A stretch of DNA of 43,833 bases from Malassezia furfur (Eukaryota): NCBI GenBank assembly GCA_052055015.1, contig JBQJIT010000043.1; one strand, 5' to 3'. Under the pieces are notes generated by a model. The model did not search any database, had not been told where the DNA came from, and saw only the letters and a program-made list of their open reading frames with translations. This document shows, piece after piece, positions 33,752 through 43,833 of this stretch. The translations under genes and the position numbers were made by a program. Position 1 is the first letter of the stretch; each line of letters starts with the position of its first letter.

Positions 33752-36700
33752 ATGGCGCAGGCTGGTGAGGAGACACCGGCGGACCTTGTTGCCTTGGTCC
33801 TGGCTGCAGAAGATGGTGTAGTGAGTGAGGCTGCAATTGCAGCTGTCCTTAGTGAGCGGCTGGCGCACTCGCACCCCTATACCTGGGCATCGGCAACGAC
33901 ACTGGTGTCCGTCAATCCCTACCGCGACCAAAGCGGGATGGATGCCGAGGCGGCAGAGCACGCCTCGGTATACCATGACCTCGCAGCGGTCGCGCCGCAT
34001 CCATGTGCGCTTGCCGCACGCGCATACCACCGCATGCTGCGGACGCAGCAGTCGCAGTCGATCGTGTACCATGGCATGACCGATGCGGGTAAGACGCATG
34101 CGATGCAGCTGGTCACCGAGCACCTCTTGACGCTCGCTTCGAGCAATACACCGCAAGAGACACACCTCGCGGACCAGGTGCGGTGTGCGCAGCATGTGCT
34201 GGGCGCGTTCGGCACAGCGCGGACCAGCTTCTCGGAGCGTTCGTCACGGCATGCGACCTACTTCGAGCTGCATTTTGGTCCCGAGGGCCGCCTGTGCGGT
34301 GCGAAGCTACTAACGTTTGGCCTCGACAAGCACCGACTGCATGACAAGACGCCTGGCGAGCGCGTGTATGCCATCTTCTACCAGCTGCTGGCCGGTGCTA
34401 CGCACGACGAGCGGGTGGCGTACCACCTGGGCGACCTGACTGCGCCGGCGATGCTCCCACCCGGAACGTCTCCGTCGCGTGAGGATGCGCGTGCGTGTGA
34501 CTGGACGCGTAGTGCGTTGACCGCACTCGGTCTCAAGGAGAAACACGTCCAGGGCCTATTCCGTGTGCTGGCGGCGCTCCTGCACCTCTGTGATCTCGAC
34601 TTTGGCGATCCGCAAGTCGAGGGGCAGGCGGCGCACATCACGACGCCGCGTGCGATGGAGCGCGCCGCTGACGTGCTGCAAGTGCGTGCCGAGGACTTGG
34701 CGCAGTGCCTTGTGATGGACACGCGGTATCTCGGCAACGAACGCGTGACGCAGATGCTCAACGCGCGTGCCGCGCGGCGGCAGCGCGATTCGCTTGTGGA
34801 AAACTTGTATGCGGTGCTGTTCGCGTTTGTGGTCGAGGTGGTGAACCAGAAGCTTGCCCCGCACCAGGCGGCCCATCCGCTCCACATTGTCCAGCTCGAC
34901 ACGCCCGGGTTTGTGACGCGTGCCGAGGCGGGCTTGCCACGGGCGGGCCACTTTGACGACCTGATGAAGAACTACGTCGCAGAGCTGCTTCGCCACATCG
35001 ATCTGCGCTCCGTGCTTGATGAGAGTGCGCCGCGCAACGCGCAACTACGTGCCGACGGGCTGAGTGTGCCGCCCTCGGCCAAGTATGCCGACGTCATGTC
35101 GCTGCTGCGTGGCGGTCCCGTGCCGCTGGATGCCGATGCGCCCGCGCCCGGCGGGCTGATGGGCGACTACGACCGCGCGTTCCACCTTGTGCTCGATGGC
35201 CTGCGCAAAGAAAGCGACGACCGTGCGCTCGTGTCCGACATGGACGTCTACTGCACGAACCGTGCGTTCAGTCCGAGCGACCCGCGGCGCGGCACGCTGT
35301 CGTTTGACATCAACCACACGCTCGGCCCGTGCGCGTACACGGTGACGCAGCACCAACGCTCCGAGCTGGACTTGCTGCCCACGCAGCAGTACCAACTGCT
35401 GCGCACGTCTGGCAGCACGTTTATCACCCGGCTGTTTGCGGGCCCTGGCATGACGATCGAGTCGCACCTCGCGGACCACCAGGTGGTGCTGCGCGCACAG
35501 GTTGCGACGCATCCCCTGCGCCGTCCGACGCCGCTTGACGGGCGTACGGTGAACTGGGACGCAGGGCGTGTGCAGAGCGTCTCGCAGCAGCTCGACACGG
35601 CGCTGCTGTCACTGGCGCACAACGTGCAAAGTGCCGATACGTGCTGGCGCGTGGTGTGCATGCGCCCCAACGACCTGTCGCAGCCCAACGCCTTTGACAC
35701 GAAGCGCGTCACGCGGCAGATCAAGGCGCTGGCGCTGCCGCAGTTGCTGCGCCGCTTGCAGCACAGCCATATGGCGCCCGTGTCGTTCGAGGCGTTCTGT
35801 GCGCGCTACAACCCGCTGCTCCACGCGACGCTCGGCGATGCGGTGATGGCCGCGGCAGACGCGCGTGGTGTACTTCTCGAGTTTGCGTACGCCCAAGGCT
35901 GGACGGAGCCGAACGAAATGGTGCTGGGCCAGACGCAGGTCTGCTTCTCGTACACGGCCTACTTCACGCTCGAAGACATGCTGCGCCACGCGACCGGCGA
36001 GCGCAGCGTCGGCGCTGCGGCGCTGGCGGCGCGGCCAAAGCGTACGACGCTCGGTGCATCCCGGCAAGACGCGCTGCCGCGCTACTCGGCGTACTCGTCC
36101 GCGTCCGGCACGCAGCCGTCGAGCCAAGCGCACGGCAGCGACCCGCTCTCGCACTCGTACACCGAGCCGGGATACAGCGACGTGCATGCGCCTGCGACGT
36201 ACGACGCAGGCTATGCACCGATGGATCTGCAGGCCAACGGCTCCAACGTGTCGCTGCTGCCCAGCGATGAGAAGCCGCTGCCACAGGAGCCCGCATACCC
36301 TTCCGAGGCGGTGCCGCTCACGTCGTGGGCGCCGGCGCCCGGCGAGGTGTCGTTTGAGAAGGACGCGGTTTTGGCCCCGACCGGGGTCGAGACGGTGCCC
36401 ACGACGCGGCTGCGGCGGTGGTGGATGCGGCTGACATGGGCGCTGACGTGGTACATCCCCAACTCGGTGCTGTCCAACGTCGGGGGCATGAAGCGGCCCG
36501 ACGTGCGGATGGCGTGGCGCGAGAAGCTGAGCATCTGTCTGCTGATCTTTTTCCTGTGTGCCGTGGTGCTGTTCTACATTATCGGCGTCGGGCAGCTGCT
36601 GTGCCCCGACTACAACAAGGCATACAACCAGGGCCAGCTGAGCGGGCACAGCACAGGCAAGTCGTTCTACGTCGCGGTGGCGGGCAAGGTGTACGACATC

Positions 36701-39536
36701 ACCAAGTTTTACAAGATGGACCACTCGGACCTCTCGGCGATGCCCGTGACGGACGACGTGATGATGGAGCTGGCCGGGCAGGACCTCACGCCGTACTTCC
36801 CCGTGCCGCTGTCGGTTGGGTGCCCCGGGCTGGTATCCGACGACACCCTGCAGCTCTCCACCAACGAGAACCTCACCGCGACGATCGGGCAAGCGATCCA
36901 CACGTCGGGTGCGGCACAGACCTACCAGAACACCAAGCTGGACAGCCCTTCGTGGTACTTCCAGCGGTTCTTGCCCAAGATGCAGCAGTACTACAAAGGC
37001 ATCTACGTGTACGACCCGAAGCAGATCGCCACCGACGGGTCGTGGCGCAAGTGGGCCACGGTGGATGGCAAGTTGTACGACCTGACCAACTACCTGTACA
37101 CCATCAACCTGCACAGTGGCGACGATGCGTACAGCTTCCTCGACAGCGATGTGACCGACTTGTTTGATGCGCAGGCCGGCGGCGATATCACGCAAGACTA
37201 CGCCAACGTGCTCAACGGCATGTCCTCCGAGCAGCGCACACAGACGCAGCAGTGCCTGGACAATGTGTTTTATGTGGGCAAGAGTGATTTCCGCCTGTCG
37301 GCCAAGTGCGAGGCGCAAAACTACATCCTGCTCTCCTTCTCCATTCTCATCTTCCTCACCATCTTTTCCAAGTTTGTGAGCGCGCTGCAGCTCGTGCGCA
37401 AGCCGACACCCGAGCAGCAAGACCGCTTTGTGATCTGCCACATCCCGTGCTATACCGAGGGCGAAGATTCGCTGCGCAAGACGATCGACTCGCTCACCAC
37501 GCAAGAGTACGATGACAAGCGCAAACTGCTGTTTATCGTGTGTGACGGCATGATCACCGGCAGCGGCAATGACCGTCCGACGCCGCGCATCGTGCTCGAC
37601 ATCCTTGGCGTGGACAGCAAGGTGGACCCTGAGCCGCTGCCCTTCCACTCGGTCGCCGAGGGATCCAAGCAGCTCAACTACGCCAAGGTGTACTCGGGCC
37701 TATACGAGTGCGAAGGCAACGTCGTACCCTTCGTGGTTGTCGTCAAGGTCGGGCGGCCCTCGGAGCGCACGCGCCCGGGCAACCGCGGAAAGCGCGACAC
37801 GCAGGTGATGCTGATGCGCTACCTGAACCGCGTGCACTTTGACGAGCCCATGTCCCCGCTTGAGCTCGAGCTGTACCACCACATGAAGAACGTGATCGGA
37901 ATCGACCCAAGCTTCTACGAGTACATCCTGATGGTCGATGCCGATACGGGCATCAAGTCGGACGGCATGAACCGCCTTGTGGCTGCCGCCGTACACGACC
38001 ACTCGATCATCGCGGTGTGTGGCGAGACGCTGCTTGAGAACGAGGAGACGAGCTGGTGGACGATGGTACAGGTGTACGAGTACTACATCTCGCACAACCT
38101 CGCCAAGGCGTTCGAGTCACTGTTTGGTAGCGTGACGTGTTTGCCTGGGTGTTTCTCCATGTACCGCATCCGCTCCGCCGACAAGGGCCAGCCACTGTTT
38201 GTTTCGAACCGCATCATCGAGGACTACGCCGAGAACCAGGTGGACACGCTGCACAAAAAGAACCTTTTTGCGCTCGGCGAGGACCGCTACTTGACCACGC
38301 TGCTGCTCAAGCACTTCCCCTCGTACCGCACGCGCTTCCGCGCGGATGCTTCGGCGACGACCGTTGCGCCCGACAAGTTTTCCGTGCTGCTCTCGCAGCG
38401 CCGGCGTTGGATCAACTCCACCGTGCACAACCTCGCTGAGCTCGTCATGATGGATGGCCTGTGTGGCTTCTGCTTGGTACGTTGCGCCGACTGACCCAGT
38501 TCTCGATGCGCTTCATCGTGTTCATTGACCTGCTCGGCACAATCATCTTGCCCGCGACCGCCGTGTACATGGTGTACCTCATTGTCACGGTAGCGACCGG
38601 CGAGGCGGCGATACCGTACATTGCGCTCGCAATGATTGGCGCCGTGTACGGTCTGCAGGCCATCATCTTCCTGCTGAAGCGCCAGTGGCAATACATCGGA
38701 TGGATGGTCATCTACGTACGTTTCCCCTGCACTGACCCCAGCTGCTCGCCTACCCGCTGTACAGTTTCCTGCTGCCCATCTACTCCTTCTGGCACATGGA
38801 CGACTTCTCGTGGGGTAACACGCGCGTCGTCGTCGGCGAAAAGGGCAACATGAAGGTGGTTGCCGGCACGGACGACGAGCCGTTCGACGAGTCAATGATC
38901 CCGCGCAAGCGCTTCAGCGAATACCAACAGGAGATTGCCGAGTCGGGTGATGCGCAGCGCACGGTGCCGCTGTATGCGCCGTCGCGCGCGACACGGACCA
39001 TGACGCCGGATCCCGAGTACGCCGACTACTTCCAGCACACCAATCTGCTCAGCAAGAAACCGCGCGAATCACACGTCTCGACGCCGACGGCGCGCGCGTC
39101 GATGCCGAGCATGTACGGCATGCCACCGTCGCAGACGACATCGATGTACGGCATGCCAATGGGCATGCCGCCGATGATGTCGATGTACGGCATGCCGCCT
39201 AACATGTCAATGTATGGCATGCCAATGGGTATGCCACCGACCATGTCGATGTATGGCATGCCCCCCGCACCCTTTGCCACGCCGGGCACCGGCGAGCGGC
39301 CGTGGTCGAGCGCTCCGACGGACGCCTCGGTGCTTCCGGTGGTCGCCACGTCGGACCCGACTGAGCAGGAGCTGCGCGCCGCGGTGCAGACCTTCCTGGC
39401 TGCCCAGCCGAGCCTGATGCACATCACCAAGCGCGACGTGCGTGACGCACTGAGTGCGTCAATGCCGAATGCCGACCTCGGCAAGCGCCGCACCCAGATC
39501 AATATGATGATCGACGAGCTACTGTCGGGCAACTAG
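33752..39536 (+). CDS. Chitin synthase with N-terminal myosin motor-like domain (class V/VII type), cytochrome-b5-like domain and C-terminal DEK domain; introns 38477-38499 and 38716-38741
   Basis: Myosin-like [104 protein letters not shown]-like [10 protein letters not shown]. Confidence 0.96.
39108..39263 (+). repeat. Five SMYGMP peptide repeats in the chitin synthase C-terminal tail
   Basis: [56 protein letters not shown] core ATGTA(C/T)GGCATGCC occurs five times. Confidence 0.9.
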
Positions 39537-39578
39537 GCACGTCGGTCTGTAGCATACTCGCAGTTTTTTTTTTCCCCC

Positions 39579-40712
39579 CTACAATGCACGCTGTAGCCAC
39601 GCACGCAGTGCGTGCGCACTCTCGCTCTGCGCCGAGCCTGCGTTGGGCTCACTGGGCGCAACGGCCGACGGCGGCGCCGGTGCCAGCACATCGTATCGTT
39701 GGCCGCGTAGGCCCTGCACGGCATCGTGCAGCGTGGCGTCGTCACTCTCGAGCGTATGTACTTCGATGCCGCTCACGATGCCCCGTTCAATGCGTAGCGT
39801 CATGGCAAGGCGCACGCCGTCCCACGGTGTGTCGTCGGTGCGTACGAGCGTCTCCATGTCCGGCGATGAGCCATACACCCAGTCCCACGACTGCAGATCA
39901 TCGTATGCGCTGCGCACGGTCTGTTCCACGCCATTTACGTGCTGCGACGCACTCAGATCGTGCTCGTCGACGAGGGTCGTGTGCGTCGCGCCATACTGCG
40001 TCGCAAACGCATCGCGGATCGCCTCAAACACGGCCTGCGGCGTGAGCTGCGCGGCACGCTCAGGGAACGTCGAGCGCAGATTGGCAACCGGCGACGACAC
40101 CGAGTCGACGGCACGGCTGGTGATTTTTGCGCCCGACGTGCGACGTAGGAGGCGCATACGGCCCAAGTCTGCGTCGAGGAGCAGCGTGCCGTGGTGGTAC
40201 GCGTGCTGACTTGAGATTTTGTACGCGCTGCCGGACACTTTGCGGCGCGCGTCCGGCGACGGTGTATGGGCGTCCCGCGCATACACATACAGGTCGTTGC
40301 GGTCGTTCACCTGCACGGGTGGCTCGCCGAATCGCGTCGGGAGCGACACCGGCGCCTGGCGCAGTGCGCGTGCGACGAGCTCAGTGTGGGTATTCCGCGC
40401 AAACGCACTACGTGCGACATAAAAGCAAAAGTTGATGTTGCCCTCGTCGTGGTACACGGTCCCCCCGCCACTGCGGCGGCGCACGACAGGGACGCGCGCG
40501 CGCCGCATGGCGCGTGCGTCAAGTTCGCTCCAGATATTTTGGTTACGTCCGACCACGACGCACGGCGCGTTTCGGTACAGAAAACACACGGGCGTAGTGG
40601 GACGCAATCGCAGCAGGTAGTCCTCCCATGCCAGGTTGAAGTAGGGGTTCAGCGTGCGCGACCACACGACCTGCGCGGCGCCTGCCCCGTGCGCCGCTGC
40701 TGCGCCGGTCAT
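39579..40712 (-). CDS. AIM22: Lipoate-protein ligase A family protein (Aim22/Lip3)
   Basis: NPYFNLAWEDYL, YRNAPCVVVGRNQNIWSE, RRRSGGGTVYHDEGNINF, NDRND, KVSGSAYK, YHHGTLL, SVSSPVANL and SWDWVYGSSP. Confidence 0.92.
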   Translation of the reverse strand: MTGAAAAHGAGAAQVVWSRTLNPYFNLAWEDYLLRLRPTTPVCFLYRNAPCVVVGRNQNIWSELDARAMRRARVPVVRRRSGGGTVYHDEGNINFCFYVARSAFARNTHTELVARALRQAPVSLPTRFGEPPVQVNDRNDLYVYARDAHTPSPDARRKVSGSAYKISSQHAYHHGTLLLDADLGRMRLLRRTSGAKITSRAVDSVSSPVANLRSTFPERAAQLTPQAVFEAIRDAFATQYGATHTTLVDEHDLSASQHVNGVEQTVRSAYDDLQSWDWVYGSSPDMETLVRTDDTPWDGVRLAMTLRIERGIVSGIEVHTLESDDATLHDAVQGLRGQRYDVLAPAPPSAVAPSEPNAGSAQSESAHALRAWLQRAL

Positions 40713-40725
40713 CGAGGCGTGGGCG

Positions 40726-40731
40726 CACGTG
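40726..40731. promoter_or_regulatory. CACGTG E-box in the 53-bp AIM22/YCG1 divergent promoter
   Basis: GCACGTGAC (GTCACGTG on the minus strand, a Cbf1-type site) between ATGs at 40712 (-) and 40766 (+). Confidence 0.6.
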
Positions 40732-40765
40732 ACGTACGCGTCGCGCGGTGTCACTTGCGTTGGCC

Positions 40766-43663
40766 ATGCCGGCGAGTGTGGACGGCGCGGCGCTCGCGCA
40801 GGGCGTACAGGCGCAGGTGCCGGGCCATTTCCAGGACGCACAGCACTCTGTTGCAAATCACCGCAAGAATGCCGTGGGGCTGTATCGGCTGCATGCGCAG
40901 TGTGCGCAGTTCACTGAGCAGACACCGCGCGGCACGCGCCTCGTGGGAGAAAAGGCGTTTAACGAAGGCTTCTTCCGGTGCCTGAACCGTGTTCTCGACG
41001 TGAAGAAGGGGGTTGCGGCCGCGGATCGCGTGTGCAAGTTTGTCGCAACGTATGCCGCGTACGCCATCGAGCAGTTTGCGCTCGCGGCGCAGCGCGCGGG
41101 GAAACGCAGCGACGACACGTCCGGCACGCGCTTTGTCACGATCCTGCTCAAGCACCTGCTCAAAGGCTTTCGCGGAAAGGACAAAAACGTGCGACTGCGG
41201 TGCTGCAGCTGTGTCGCGCTGCTGGTCAATGTGGTGGAGAGCATCGAGTACGTCGGTCCACTTACCCAGCGACGAACTATACCAGACGTTGTCGAGCTTT
41301 TTGCTGGAGCGCATCACCGACCGTGAGTCGGCCGTGCGTGTACAAGCGGCCGTGGCACTTGCGCGGCTACAAGGCGACGACGAGGATGATACGAGCACCA
41401 CGCGGCTCCTGCTGCACCTCTTGCGGCACGACCCCAGCGCCGAGGTCCGTCGCGCGGCGCTGTTCAACCTCACGGCGTCGCCCGCGACGCTGCCCTACAT
41501 CCTCGAGCGACTGCAGGACGTGGATGCGACGAACCGGCGATGCGTCTACCTCGGCTCGCTCAAGATGCTCGCCGACGAGGAGCACGGCCTGGGCCTCGGC
41601 GAGCATGCGGTCGCCGAGGTGGTGCGCATCGGCCTGCACGAGCGCGATCCGTCGGTCAAGAAGGCCGCGCGCAAGCTTGTACACCACTGGCTCGAGACCG
41701 TTGCCGAGGGCCACGCCCTTGTGCTGCTCGGTATGCTGCACGTCGCGCGCACCGACGCGGGTGAGGCGGTGGTGATGGCGCTCCTCGAGGACGACGCTAG
41801 CGTCGTGGACCGCGTCGCACAGCAGCTGCGCGACCATGCACAGTACTGGGCAACGGTCACGCCCGAGTCGGCGCTGCTCGCACGGTGCTTTGTGCTGTTC
41901 TGCCAGGCGCACCAGCGCGAGACGCTGCTCGACGCATGCCTGCCGATGGTCACCGAGCTCGTGTTCCGCATCGAGGCAGAGTACCGCGCGCTGAGCGTGC
42001 TGCTCGAGCAGCAGGCGAGCGAGGAGGAGGACGACGAGGACGAGGCGATGCCTGCGATCCAGGATGACTCGTCGCTCGCACGCATCTTTGTGGTGAACGA
42101 GATGCTGGCACTGGCGATCCACTGCGACTATGGCGACGAAATGGGGCGGCGCAAGATGTTTATGCTGGTGCGCGAGATGCTCGCCAATGCGTGGCTCCCT
42201 GCCGCACTCATTCCGCGGTGCCTCGACGTGCTGCTGCGTCTGTCGAGCGGGCAGCGCGATTTTGTGCAGATGGTCGTGGAGTTGGTCCAGGAACTGGACG
42301 CGGACCTCGTCGAGGAGGACGGCGAGACGAGCGTCCAGCACGCGCTGTCGTGGCACGCGCGCCTCGAGAGCGACCCCGAGATGGCGGCACACCGCGCTGC
42401 GCTCGACGCGCGGCGGCTGCTCATCGTGCGCACGATGCTCGAGCGTGTGTCGTGTGCACTGCAGGACAACTCGGCGTTCCACGGGCTGATCCCGCAGCTG
42501 ATCGTACCGGCAGTGCGCAGCAAGGACGCAGTGGTGCGCGAGGAGGGTCTCGTGTGCCTCGGTTTGTGCTCGCTGCTCGACGACAAGATGGCACTCGACA
42601 CTTTTCCGCTCCTCCTCGACCAGATTCAACGCGGCACAGGCACGATCCAGGTGCGCTGCGTGCAATGTTTGTTTGACTTGGTCGTGGTGCACGGCGTCGA
42701 GGCGCTGTGTCGGCGCAGCGCCGAGGTCGCGGCGCAGTCCGAATTTGACGGCGACGCCGAGCGGGGCATGCAGTTTGCGCAGCAGCAGATGGTCGGCTTT
42801 TTGCTGTCGCTCCTCGAGCACGACGAGCCCGACGTGCAGACGGCTGCAAGCGAGGGCATCGCCAAGCTCCTGCTCACCGGCGCACTGCGTGACGACGACG
42901 TCCTCAAAGCGCTCGTCCTGATCTACTTCTCGCCGGACACGGCGCAGAACCAGCCGCTCCGACAGTGTCTGAGCTACTTTTTGCCGCTGTACTGCTCGTC
43001 GCACGCGCGGCACCAGCGCATGGTACAGCGCATCTTCCTCGACACGCTCGGCCTCCTCACGCAGGTGTACCTCGAAAAGGACGCGACGCAGACTATGGCG
43101 ACGCCCACTCAGATTGCGCTGCAGCTCACCGACTGGTCCAACCCGGAGAAGCTCGTGCTGTCGGTGCCCGACCCGACCGTACACGTCGACCTCGCCCACG
43201 CCGTGCTCGAGCGTCTGTGCACGCTGGAAAAGGGTACGTCCCTTGCTCTTACCCAGGGGAAGAACGCAAGGCGCTTTCTGCGCTCGTCAGCAAGTTTTAC
43301 CTGCCCGACACGCTCGACGAGCGGCACGTCAAGGGTCTCGCGATCCTCGCGCAGGCCGTACGCGAGCGTGCCGAGGAGTCGACGCTGCGCACCGCCTGCA
43401 TGCGCCTCGAGGCGGCGCTCGAGAAGCGCTATGCGCCGCTGTTTGCCAACTGGGCGCCGTCGCAGGCGGCCGCCGACGGCACGCTCCAGACAGACGCGTT
43501 TGCCGACCTGCGCTCGCTTCTCGATGCGCTGCCGCCCGTGCGCACCGAGCCACGGCGGCGTGTGCGCCGCACACGCACACGCAAGACTCCGTACGTCCCT
43601 CGCTTCTTACCCAGCGACGAATCCGACGAGGCATCCTCGACGGGGTCCGAGAGCGACGCCTGA
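40766..43663 (+). CDS. YCG1: Condensin HEAT-repeat subunit CAP-G (Ycg1/Cnd3); introns 41248-41269, 43234-43256, 43591-43614
   Basis: FQDAQHSVANHRKN, VLDVKKG...ADRV.KF, KGFRGKDKNVRLR, D|DELYQ..RITDRESAVRVQA..LARLQ, DPSAEVRRAAL, DYGDEMGRRKM, EGIAKLLL and NQPLRQCLSYF. Confidence 0.95.
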
Positions 43664-43665
43664 CT

Positions 43666-43833
43666 TTATACCCGTGGTGGCCGTGGCGGCGCCGCGGGTC
43701 GCTCGGCATGGGTGCTGCCGTAGCGCGGCGTATAGGAGGCCGGGGGTGCCGGCCACACCGCGTGGCTCGCGGCCGCCGCCGGCGGTGGTGGCGGCTCGGC
43801 CCGTGCCGCCGGGTTCGATCCGTACGAGGGCCG
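43666..43833 (-). CDS. Pro-rich C-terminal end of a gene whose 5' part lies beyond the window
   Basis: Minus frame is open from the window edge: RPSYGSNPAARAEPPPPPAAAASHAVWPAPPASYTPRYGSTHAERPAAPPRPPRV*, with TAA at 43666-43668. No family recognised. Confidence 0.45.
   Translation of the reverse strand, partial: RPSYGSNPAARAEPPPPPAAAASHAVWPAPPASYTPRYGSTHAERPAAPPRPPRV

Noticed and set aside
40713..40856. Non-AUG N-terminal extension of AIM22 suggested by the ORF track
   Set aside because: It starts at TTG inside the YCG1 coding region and crosses the shared promoter; better explained as an open antisense frame.

Overview
This is a eukaryotic (fungal) genomic window, very gene-dense, with about 31 protein-coding genes and no rRNA, tRNA, CRISPR array or mobile element that I can recognise. 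High GC, intergenic gaps of 2-470 bp, fungal gene content and very short GT-AG introns point to a compact basidiomycete yeast genome, most like Malassezia (inference). The supplied ORF track is misleading because most genes are split by tiny introns. I rebuilt gene models by hand and found about 65 introns of 21-52 nt, mostly 22-28 nt. Genes in order: a partial PH-domain protein, a mitochondrial J-protein, NOB1, complex I MWFE subunit, two paralogous Gfo/Idh/MocA oxidoreductases flanking GMF and a ZNF706-like gene, a Reb1-like Myb factor, clathrin light chain, uL13m, a CCDC97-like protein, SMC5, ERV14, HAP3, ARB1, mL41, SDS22, CAP2, UGP1, ANT1, a probable CENP-K, MDM31, AIM19, DID2, a coiled-coil protein with a dynein-adaptor-like CC1 box, an alpha/beta hydrolase, a myosin-motor chitin synthase, AIM22, condensin YCG1 and a partial Pro-rich gene. 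The most notable signals are: (1) a CACGTG or CATGTG E-box in 9 of 10 divergent promoters, several only 53-88 bp long; (2) introns as short as 21-22 nt, many in-frame without stops; (3) a probable unannotated CENP-K; (4) a candidate TRAK/HAP1/BICD-type adaptor; (5) a cytosolic/mitochondrial paralog pair; (6) a base-paired element just after the CAP2 stop codon. All gene identities come from my own motif recognition, not from database searches.
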